Source: Guillardia theta CCMP2712 (lineage: Eukaryota > Protista > Cryptophyta). Taken from it: a stretch of DNA of 64,000 nt. The notes beneath the pieces are model-generated. The model worked only from the letters and a program-made list of their open reading frames with translations, made no database searches and had not been told where the DNA came from. The position numbers and the translations under genes were made by a program. Positions 53,521-64,000 of the stretch are shown here, piece after piece (the stretch's first letter is position 1; every line of letters starts with the position of its first letter). The stretch covers positions 296,711 through 360,710 of the forward strand of contig NW_005434660.1 of NCBI RefSeq assembly GCF_000315625.1, read 5' to 3'.

Positions 53521-55899
53521 TCATAACTCTCCCCTGACAGACCTCTGAGCCAGAATCTGCTCAATAGCTCGCAGTCTATGCATAACAACATTTGCAACGG
53601 CATCGGGATTGTAAAATTTTCGCACTTCCTCCATCCCAACCTGTCTCAGCACAGAGTTGCTCAACATTCGGATCATCCAACAAGCCTCAGAAGCGGCACC
53701 TTTGCGATTCTTTTCGCTTCATTTGGGTTCTCAAAGATTTTCTTAAGAATGTCCATGAGGCCTTTCACTGACGGTCTCGCCCACAGGTGTCCGGTAAACG
53801 CTCCCTCCCGAACCGGCTCGAGGCCCTGCCAGCAGGCTCAACGTTTGTAGCCTCGGAGGAGATAACGCAGGGGTTGACCTCAATGGGGATGAGAAAGCTG
53901 TTGTAGTCCTTCATGAACTCAGTGTTTCCGCTCCAGTTTGTTGCAACGACTGGAAGACCCTGTAGCAGGCTGAGGGAGATGGGAAAGGTTGACTCGTTTT
54001 TGTTGATTACCATGGCCATGGCCTCTATGTGCGGCCTCCCCCACCTTTGCAAGAAAGTCAGGTCATGTCTGAGAGGAGAAACAAGTAGACCCTTCGCCTC
54101 GAGATGGGAGAACGAAACAGTCAGAGCTCTGGCAGGAGATGAGATGTGAGAAGACAGAGAGTTAGCTTTACAGCGTAAAGTTGGGTCATTTGCTTCAGCG
54201 GTATGTCTTCGTCCAAGACGATGATGTTGCTGATATCCTGGAAGGAAAGAAGATGTTATAAAAATTAAACAGATATGAAGGCTTTCCGAAGGATCGTTCA
54301 GTCCCAACTTGTTCGATGCAAACTCGAGAATCTTCTGCTTGAAATCTCCGTCTGTATGATAATGCATGGTCTTTATGTACAAAACCGCCTATGTAGAGCG
54401 AAGTTGGCAATGAAAGAGAAGGGAAACGTTATGTAGCATCGCCAAAGAGAATTTAAGAGACTCACTCTGTTCTCTTTGGCTGGAAACTGTGAAAGAAATG
54501 CCTCTAGCAAGATATCCCAGCCCTTTCGGGCTTCCCACTTTTCAGGAGAAGTCAGCTGTCGATTCAGATAGCGGAGAACATCTCTATAGAAGTCAAAGAC
54601 AACTACCTTAAAAACAGAGAGAAACTTGAATCTCTTGTCTGCTGACAGAAGTTTGTGAGGTCTGCCGTCATTGCATCATCCCAATCATCATCTATGAGAT
54701 CATGAGCTCCTACGAAGATTTTGTTGGGTCGAACAGCTCAGTGTCGACAGCCTCAGGGATAACATGTATGCTCTCTCTGGCAAGTCCAGCGTCCTCGAAA
54801 ATTTCTTCAACATACCGTCAGCCAGTTCTTCTCATGTAAACGTCTCGCACTTTCATGAAACTTGGACGGGACCCAAATCTCATCCATTGCCTTTTTTGGA
54901 AAATTGACAGAACATTGAAGACGAAACGTCAGCTATGTCCGGCAGGTCTTGCTTTCTTTACCTTCAGTCTTCTCAACCATCCATCTGGCAGCCTGTCCGT
55001 CTCAAACATTGTTCTCCCGACGGCATACAACCTACAAGCATTCATTCACGGTGAGAGCCTGTCCAGAACCATCTTGCGCTCAGCGCATCTCAACTCTTTC
55101 CTTCTCTGACAAACCCCCAATCCTCCTCGTCCCGGCATTCTGCTCTCAAACCTCATATCCACCTGTCTTCTGACGGGCATGTCGACGTCGGGTACATCGG
55201 GGTAGGGACGCTCCAGGCCCCGGGCTCGCTATGACAGATCTGCGGGAGGTTTTGAACCCATCAACCGCCCCACGTTGTCCTCTCACATCTATCGTCGATC
55301 TCGGAGGAAACCTGGTGTACATTGCCTTCTGTAGTGTTTCCTATCAACAAGATATGATCACGCACACAGCGATTGCAGTAAACACTTTACCTTGACAGCA
55401 GCTGGCAACCCCTCAACAAATCTTGGGTTCACCGAATCCCCTGTTTGACGCTCTTACACGCTACGACTGCAGTCGTCGTGTCTCACCGTGTTGCACAACA
55501 GCCAGGTTTGCATGCTTGTGCAGCTCCATGATGTAAGAGAGCGCTTCTGAACAATACCCGCCACCACTGAGGAACGGGGCAAACCATCTCACGTTCAGGT
55601 TGAGGGGGCGAGAAGACTTGCTCTTGCTTTTTCTCTTTGATTTAGGTTGGTGAGCTGATACGAGAACATCATTTTGAAAAACATCATTGAGGCAACCAAA
55701 CACGAACATCTGCATGAAGCTAATGTAAGATGTAAAAGCACACAACCAAGAACCCAGACTTCATTACCAGCTCCCCTAGCTGTACGCATCGATACAGTCT
55801 CCGTGCAATGGCGTTTCGGCTCGTGCACAGATTCGTTTGAGAGCATATTAGCAACAGAACGATGGTGAAGAAGGCGGTCCCAAGAAAGATCCTACTCAT
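53521..55899 (-). CDS. Glycosyltransferase family 4, paralog of 3381-5425, with signal peptide and RGEL C-terminus
   Basis: APFLSGGGYCSEA, ICHSEPGAW, GRTMFETD, MDEIWVPS, PEAVDTELFDP, WEARKGWDILL, WGRPHIEAMAM, LPVVATNWSG. Confidence 0.88.
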
Positions 55900-56290
55900 T
55901 CCACACGCCCAGGAATCCCACAAAGTAGCAAGGCAGCCTGTTGCTCGACGATTGTTTCTAGTGTGAGCTTTCCTAACAGCTATGTGCCGATGATCCTCTG
56001 CTCGCTTGACAATCCAACATCATCTGATCAGCATGCATCTTTCCTCGACCCTCTTGCTCTCCTTTCCATGTCCGCGCTGCTGTCGCCATCGCCTTGCCTG
56101 TACTACCAAAACCCTCTGAGGCAGGTGTGGAGAACCATTCGCCACCCACCCCCACTTCACTTTACCCACCCCCAGCTTGCCCCTGCGCCCCATCCCACAA
56201 ACCAAAGAATCTGAGGACCCACCCCAATATCTCAAATAATTTATGTATGTTCATATGAAATATGCGGTATCCTACTCTCTATCCTCATTT

Positions 56291-56546
56291 TCATGTCACA
56301 TCCCAGGTTTGCAACTCAAGTACCCATTGCAAAATTGACAAACCCCCTAAGAGTGCATGGGGTATCTGTGTCATAAACGCTGAATGATAAGCAACATGCT
56401 GAGCTTGAGGGTGAGAGATCAGTTCCTCCTCCTCCTCCTCCTCCCCATCATCATCATCATCATCATCATCCTCATCATCATCATCCTCATCATCATCATC
56501 CTCATCATCATCATCCTCCTCTTCCTCCTCCTCCTCCACCTCCTCC

Positions 56547-56632
<86 letters not shown>

Positions 56633-58524
56633 GTCGTCGTCGTCGTCGTCATCGTCGTCGTCGTCGTCATCATCATCATCATCATCATCCTTTTCATCAT
56701 CCTCCTCCTCGTCCTTCACTCTTGCTGTTCTCCACATATACCTTTCCTCTCCTCCTTCCCTCCTCTTCCTTATACCTGTCTCGTTTTCCTCTTTCTCTCT
56801 TCTCCTTCCCGCCCCCTTTTGCATCTCTGCCTGTTCCCGATGTTCTTCGCTCATCTCCTCTCTCCCACGCATCCCACATCTGAATCCTCCTGCTTCTTCA
56901 CTTGCTTCTACTCCTTGCACGCACTTTCGCTGCCCAGTCTGAACATCTTCACTCAGCTCCCTGTGCTGGCAGCCCTCCTCTTGGAGGTTTCTTCCTTCAG
57001 TGTTTCCCCGCTTCTCTCAGGACGAGCCCTTCCTGCACAACGGTATTCACTCTCCTCTTCGTGTCACCATACTGACCGAAGTCCAAGCGCTTGCGCGAGC
57101 CGAGGACTGAAGAGAGTGTAAGACAGATACAGACTAGAAGGTGATCATGTTGACATGCATATTGCAGCAACGCCATGCGATCTCCTCCTGTCTCCAGAAA
57201 TCTTGTCATGAAGGTTCGTTCGTTACTATTCACCAAATTCCTTCTCTCTTGCTCCCCTTCTGTCGTTCGTTCTCCTGCTTCCCTCTTCTTCCTTACTCTT
57301 ACTTGATGTGTCCCCCTCCCGCTCGTTCCCGCCTCTGCCTTCCCTCCCTCACGCCACATCATAGGGCAACGAAGTTGTTATCGAGCCTGACTACAAGGTC
57401 GCCGCTGGTTTCCTCGCTGCCGGTGCTGCTCTGTTTGCCCTCAAGGAAGACAAAATGTGTCAGTCCTGCTCTCCAGCTGACTCGGTCGACAGGCCCCAGC
57501 TGCCGGCGTTCCCATTGGGGCCCTCGGCGTCTTGTTTGCGGTGCAGGTACTGCCGTTAGAGCTGGACGTGTCGATGCTCGTGCTGTCTGCTGTTGACGGG
57601 AGGGTCCCCTTGTGTTGCTGCTGACTTAGATCTCTGGTCAGACTGGGCGAGTGAGGTTTGTGCTTGACGATGAAGCCTTCGAGCTCAAGGTCAAGGGGCA
57701 GGTAAGAGTCTTGACATGAAAATGGCCATGGAAGCACTGAGTGGAGAAGGTACTTGCCTAAGTGGGTTTCTCACTTTGTTGATTGCAGTCAGAGCAACAG
57801 CTCGACGACAGTGGCGAGAACATTGTTGTAGGAGGAGCGAACAGGTCAGAATAGTGAAAGAAGATTCCATGCATGATTTCTTCACATCGTTGCTTTCGAT
57901 TGACACACGGAGGATTCTGACGGAGATTTGCAAATCAGATGGAAATACCCAACCTGGGTGAACTATGACTTCTTCCCGTCACTTGAGTTTCCCATCCTCG
58001 TTTACTTCAAAGAGAATCAGGTGTGGTGATGTAACAATAAGGGGGGATGGATACCTTTGAATGAGGAAAACAAGGATTAGAAGCTTCACGACCTGAACGA
58101 ACAGCCCTTGATACGACAAAGATCTTGATTTTGGAGATGAACACAGTACGTTAGAAGTTAAGATAGTGGAGAGCGGGAACACTGGGAGGAGGAGGAAGAG
58201 GAGGAAGAGAAGGAGACTGACTACTTTTCTTCTTCAGACTCCTCAGGAGAAGTGGGGAAAGGGCCCCGGAGGTTTTGACAACAGAAACAACGGACAGGTG
58301 GGAGGGTAGAGCTTGAAATGCAGGAGATCAGATGATTTGTTGACAGATTCACTTCTTCCCTGCCATCTGCAACACTGAGCAGCTCAACAAGGTCAGCGAT
58401 CCTTCTATATCGGTTGCCCCAAGATCGACATCTTTGTCTTCTTGTTAACGACTGTCCTCTTCTCGTGCACGCCAAACCCTCGTCGTCATCGTCATCAATC
58501 TCTATAGCACACTTGTTGCTCATC
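56291..58524 (-). CDS. Hypothetical multi-exon protein
   Basis: Chain of minus-strand exon-like ORFs with GT/AG borders; no domain recognised; boundaries approximate. Confidence 0.35.
56446..56690. repeat. Compound (CAT)n/(CCT)n/(CGT)n microsatellite
   Basis: Directly visible trinucleotide runs. Confidence 0.95.
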
Positions 58525-58675
58525 AACATCTTTAGGTCTTCATCGAGAAGGGTCTCCCATCTGAGCGGTACAACCCCAAGTAGAGACAACCCAAACAGCT
58601 TGTCGTCGATGCACAAACGACAACTTTCATTTCATTCACTTCAAGAATAGAATAAACATTGGCTGGTGTTGAGTT

Positions 58676-61600
58676 TCAATCGTCATCAGGCTCTCCATCG
58701 AACCCTTCCGGTCGCTCCCATTGAGTCCCGTTTGTGACTCTGTCGTGTACAACCGATCAGACGGGAGCATCTTGAAAGAAAAACGCAGAGAGAATTTAGG
58801 GGAAATGGAGAACGAAGGAAAGGAACAGGAAGGTGAAAAGGGAATTTGAGGGAAACAGTCCGAGGAAGTGGAGAAGCAGGATGATGAGATGGAGGAAGGG
58901 AAGGAGGAAGTGAAGATGGGGGAGGGCAGGGTCTCACTTGTTATAGAAATAAACGTTCCCGTCGTCGTCCCTGAAGGCTTCCCAGACAGCGTTGGGATTT
59001 TCCTCCTGCCGAATCGTCACCAGCAATCATTGACAGCATGAGAACAACGTCAACAAGCTGCTCCTCCCTCTCCTGCTTCGAATGAATGTGCATCTTGTCT
59101 GCGTTGAGAGTCATGGGAGAGAAGAAGGAGGGCGGTTCCGACCGTCTACGATTGCCAGGGATGGGTGTGTTTCCATAGCCACGGGTTGAGCTGGAGTGAG
59201 GGTCAGGTATGCGCAAATGAGGGAAAGGAGAAAGGAGGAGGAGGAGGAGGATAGCGGAAGTGAGAGGGGAAAAGGGGCTAGGACAAGAGAAGAGGGAGAA
59301 AGGAGAATCCAAAAAGTAGAGACACGTGGAGTTCCGCGGGGACAGCAATTCTTGCTGAGCAAGGGAAGGATGTCAGACCTAATGACTCGATCTCTTCCCT
59401 TTGTCTGCCGGATGGCTCGGCGTCTATCGGCGACGACAGGTCTCTAGCTGAATTGTCGTCCAGCGATGAAGCGTCTACAAGAACGGCCATTACTTGGAAT
59501 CCGATCAACACAAGAAAAAATTCGTCATATTTTCAAACAACATATGACAACATTCGTCATATCTTGAAACAACAAACCAAAACACTCGTCATATCTTCAA
59601 ACAAGATGCTTGGATCGCCCAGGGATGTTTTCATCAAGGTCACAAAATAAATCCGAGTGTTATTCTCGTGACAATCAAATCATCGCGTATCCCATTTTCC
59701 AAAGTTCAACAATGTCCTAAATTCTCGTTTTCGTCATTGTCAACGTAACCATACTTTGCAATGAACAGCAAAACGATGCCAAGAACCATAGCCCTTAACA
59801 CTTGCAGACACACCACATGATGTCAACAGCCCCTGATGCCACCCACGGAGAGAACATTTCTCCTCATGATCACAACAAGGTAATGTTCCCCTCTCAGCGC
59901 TCTCATCAACCTTGAGGATAGGAGTCGTTCTTCGCTCCATGCAGCTCAAGACGAGGAACAACACTGAGAAAGCAAGTCGGTGAGATGATAAGAGCGGGGA
60001 TGGGATGGGAGGAGAGAGGGGGGGGGTTGGCGCTAGCAGGAAAGAAGTAGGGATTGATGGACATACAGAACCAGACGAGGGGAGGAATCGATGGATAGAG
60101 GCAGAGGCAGAGGGAAAAACAGACGGAGAGATGGACAAAGAGAGGAAAGATAGAATGTGGGAGATGAAAAGGAAAACATGGTAACAAGGAAGGTGAGGAA
60201 GTTCCACGCTATCAAGCCGAGGGTAGTGCGCAGGAGATTTCGGAGAGCAACCCGCGAGCTTCTTGACTGGAGGTTTGCTTGCTTCCGTTCTTCTCTGCAG
60301 CAGCTCCTTTCGCTTCCCTCCTCGACGATCCTCTCTGACTTCTTCTCGCACTCTTGAGGTCGGGAGGAGAGTCTGGAGGGGGACGAGCGGGCAGGGGAGG
60401 AGGTTTCTTCTTGGCCTTGTCCTCCCCATCTGACTTGTTGCTGTCCACAGATTGTATCCTCGTGGAGTGCGACACAACCTGCCTCTCCGCATCGTAACTC
60501 TCTATCCCCCCGTCGTTTCTGCTGCGGTTCACGAGTCAACCTCCCTCCTTCAGGGTCCCTCATCTGACCTGGAGGGAGGGAGAGCATGGGCGAGGCTGTT
60601 CTGCTGGAGCTGCTGAGCGACGTGCTGGTCCCTCAGGTCGATACGGTTTTCTGCCTCCAGCATGTTCACTCCTCCTCCTCCTCCCAGGTGCTCCACGTTG
60701 GTCGGCTCGCCGATGGATGAGATGGGAATCGAAATGTCCTCCTGTCGGCGAGCAAGAAAATATCAGGAAACTGGCGCAACGCAACAACCCAGTGAGAGTA
60801 AGTCAATGGCGTTACCTTGAGCCCGCAGGCCTGCGCACACCTGAGGACTGACGGGCTTGCCTCGCTGAAATTGGTGCAGACTTCTCGGGCCATGATGTAC
60901 TCGGCCTCGAAGTTGGTGAACAAAGCCTGTTGTGACGTCAGTCACGCTGCTGGTACTCCTTTCATCGTCGACCTGCAAGACCTCTGCCATCCTGTCCCTC
61001 TTGACAGAGTCCCACAACTCCATGAGGGAAGTTTTTGTTCTGTTCACAGTTGTTTCAAGCGTAGAAAGCTCTTCCTGCATCTCGGATTCGTTCTGTCAGG
61101 TGCGCAAGGTCAGGGAAGTCGTCTGATCTCCTTCATCGCACTACATGTTTCTTCTCGCTCTCATGCTTCTTCTTGCTGTACTTCTGGAACGCCTTCTTGT
61201 ATTCTTGTTTCGCCTGCAATGACATGGCCATCAACATCTCAGGCATTTCGTCGATTAACTTCTACTTTCTTCGTGTCGGCATCCGATTGCTTCTCGATAT
61301 CCAGCAGTGCGTTGACAACCTTGAATCACCTCAACCCCAGCAAGATCCTTATTGTATTTCCCTACCTTGTATCTGAGAGTGTCGTTGTAAGCCGCCATAC
61401 TCTCGAGATTCTGTTTGTGTGCTTCTGCAATCTGTTGAAACACACAGTCATCACGGGCACAGGCTAGCAGCAAGATCGACGTTGGTGAGCAGGGCGAGGT
61501 CAGGATTGCTTCCATCCTCCGCCATGAGAATGAGTAGGTCGCTAGCATCGGGATCAGATCAGCCATCAACAAGTGGACTGAGGAAGTTCTCACCACACTC

Positions 61601-62010
61601 CTTGCCAGGCTTTCATGGCCTCCACCGAGGAGAGAAACGCTGCCTTGAACAGCTGCAGTGACACGTTGAGATCAGATCTTTAGAGCTCAAGGGGAGGAAG
61701 GGTGGGGGCAGGGCGTTGGAAGCGATGAGTTACCTTGGTGAGATTCTTTCTGTCTAGATTTGCTTTCTTCCAATCGGCCTTGGCCTTCAAGACCTGTAAA
61801 TGGGAGGGAAGAGGATCAGCAAAGGGGTCTATGTCATAGTCATGGCGTACATCCGCAGGCTCGTTCTCCTGCTTGGAGAGTCCGATGCTTCGGAACAGAG
61901 ACTTCATGAGAAGGGTTCGATGCTGGAGAGCTTCGCTGTTATGTAGGATCAGATGCTTGTCCACCTAACTTTATGCCCTCCACAGGAAAGGTGGAGGATC
62001 CAATATGAAC
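58676..62010 (-). CDS. Coiled-coil, Pro-rich protein with a C-terminal WW domain
   Basis: Spliced WEAFRDDDGNVYFYNK|VTNGTQWERP is a WW domain; KKPPPLPARPPP; helical N-terminal half; start uncertain. Confidence 0.7.
59521..59605. repeat. Minisatellite with 32-bp period, three copies, probably intronic
   Basis: YTCGTCATATYTTSAAACAA at 59521, 59553, 59585. Confidence 0.85.
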
Positions 62011-62116
62011 GCAGCTGCGACGACAGTGTGACCAGGGCAGGAAAGTGCTCGATCAATGAAGGTTGGAGTCGACAGTGTAGGAGAGGAGCAAGGGAGAGGA
62101 CCAATGGCGGGAAACC

Positions 62117-62119
62117 AGG

Positions 62120-62155
<36 letters not shown>

Positions 62156-62161
62156 ATGAGA

Positions 62162-62203
<42 letters not shown>

Positions 62204-62262
62204 ATGAGAAGGAGGAGGAGGTTGTGGTGGAGGAGGAGCAGGAGCAGGAGCAGGAGCAGGAG
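62117..62262. repeat. Interrupted (GCAGGA)n microsatellite
   Basis: Same hexamer as 1306-1496. Confidence 0.9.
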
Positions 62263-62605
62263 CTATCGAAAGCTCAAGAAGGCGGCGAACAAGGCGGGTA
62301 GCTGGGACCAGGGGGTGTTTGAAGTAGATTGGGGGGGTAAGGGGTTATCACCCTCAGCGTTTAGGCAGAAGAATGTACGGGTCATGAAAACTCCAGCGGT
62401 AGCATTGATGTCAGACAGAGGGGTGAAGACAGGGGCAAGTACGGGTACTGGAACGTTGGGATCAATCAGGATCTGCTGGACAGAGGGGGTCCTCTTTCAA
62501 ACTTTGCCAAATGAACAACTTTGAAGCTTTACATTTTATGACACGCATAGTTCAGCTAAAAGTTTTTGAAGTTTCAAAGTTTGCAAGCGCAAAGGCGGAT
62601 TTTCG

Positions 62606-64000
62606 ATGTCCTGCCACAGTGCTTTGCGCCGCCGCCTCAATGCGAGGATGGTGAGCTTCAGCGCTAGATACTCCTCCCTCCTTCTTCCTCTTCCTCCCTC
62701 CTCCCCTCGCACTACATCCACAAGACTTCAGAAAACCTTCCCTGCCACATCTTGGTCTCCGCCACCGTTCCTGTGCAGGGCTCTGTCATCGAGAAACGAG
62801 GTTGAGGAGAGGATCCGGAAGTACGCGAAAGAAGCTTGCAGAGTTGAGGAGCTGCAAGGTTTTGAAGCAAAGGACGTGCTCTCGAGTGCTGTGATTGGTG
62901 CTGGAACCATGGGTGGGGGGATTGCAATGTGCCTGGCAGAGAAAAACATCAAGGTGCAACTGATTGACAAAGATCCGAAGATGCTGCAGGGGTGCTTCGA
63001 GAGGATGAAGAAGAACTGGGAGAATGCAGTGAGCAAGGGAAAGATCACAAAGGAGGTGCTGGAACAAAGGCTCAAGTGTATTCACCTTCACGACTCCGTG
63101 GATGCATGTCGGGGGGTCGATCTGGTGATCGAGGCGATCTTCGAGGACATGAAGGCTAAGAAGGAGATCTTCAAGGAGGTGGACACGGTTGCGAAGGAGG
63201 ATGCGATCCTCGCCAGCAACACCTCAACTCTCAACATCGATCATATCTTCTCCGACGTCTCCCGCCCTCACAACACTGTTGGGCTGCATTTCTTCTCGCC
63301 GGCACAAGTTATGCCGCTGCTGGAGGTTGTCCGCGGAGGAAGCTCCTCCAAACAGACTTTGGCGACAGCGATGAAGCTAGGACAGACGCTCGGAAAGAGT
63401 CCTGTGCTTGCAGGAAACTGCTTCGGCTTTATTGGAAACCGAATGTTTGAGTCGTACACCAAGGAAGCCATGTTCTTGCTCGAGGAAGGTGCTCTTCCAC
63501 ACGAGGTTCACGACTCTTTCATCCTCACGATACCTTCTTGATCTTGGTCGGTGCAGGTCGATGAGGCGATTCAAGAGTGGGGGATGGTGATGGGGCCTTT
63601 TGCTGTGAGCGACCTGGCAGGAAAGTGTTCCTGGCCTATCGTTGCTTTTTCTCATGGTCGAATGATTGCAGGGTTGGACATCGGGTACCTCATTCGAAAG
63701 GAGCAGGGGCTGGTGGATCCTCAGACCCGATCTAAGGAGTGAGGAAGATATCATGTTGTGAGAGGGGTTTTCATCCTTTCTCAGATCGGGAAGATACGCA
63801 GGGACGATCGCAGACAGGCTGGTTCTTTCAGGCAGGAAAGGGCAGAAGACACAGGTGCTCAGCAGCGCTGTGGAGGGTATGCGCCATGACCTGTCATGGC
63901 AGGGGGGTTTCTATGATTATTCCAAGGGGAGGAATCCAGAAAGAGATCCCTCGGTCGAGGAGATTGTCAAGTCGGTCTCTCGAGGTGCATACCAACTTTG
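62606..64000 (+). CDS. 3-hydroxyacyl-CoA dehydrogenase with mitochondrial-type presequence (3' end outside window)
   Basis: AVIGAGTMGGGIA, VIEAIFED, ASNTSTL, GLHFFSPA, GFIGNR, MGPFAVSDLAG|LDIG, GRKGQKT|GGFYDY. Confidence 0.93.

Overview
This is eukaryotic nuclear DNA. It is gene-dense, with very short (~45-80 nt) GT-AG and GC-AG introns, intronic microsatellites and signal-peptide-led presequences, most consistent with a cryptophyte alga such as Guillardia theta (inferred from style, not confirmed). Recognisable genes: a GNAT acetyltransferase, three GT4 glycosyltransferases, a DUF92/VTE6-like protein, RWP-RK and HMG-box factors, peptide deformylase, GET3/ASNA1, a LITAF-domain protein, an RsuA/RluB/F-type pseudouridine synthase, an EDEM-like GH47, an MFS transporter, a WW-domain protein and a 3-hydroxyacyl-CoA dehydrogenase. 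The non-genic architecture is the most unusual part. Two CAT...ATG terminal-inverted-repeat elements (14948-17088 with a TCC target duplication; 33698-39541) each sit inside a GC-rich island and carry decayed genes. The larger one includes a broken CDC7-like kinase and a 137-bp hairpin array. About a dozen such islands are densely packed with short palindromes centred on a single C or G. The same pattern appears as an 8-bp insertion in the CDC7 pseudogene and as small insertions in a motif present in three islands. My leading hypothesis is that the islands are transposon landing pads built from accumulated hairpin-type excision footprints. Gene boundaries were spliced by eye and are approximate.
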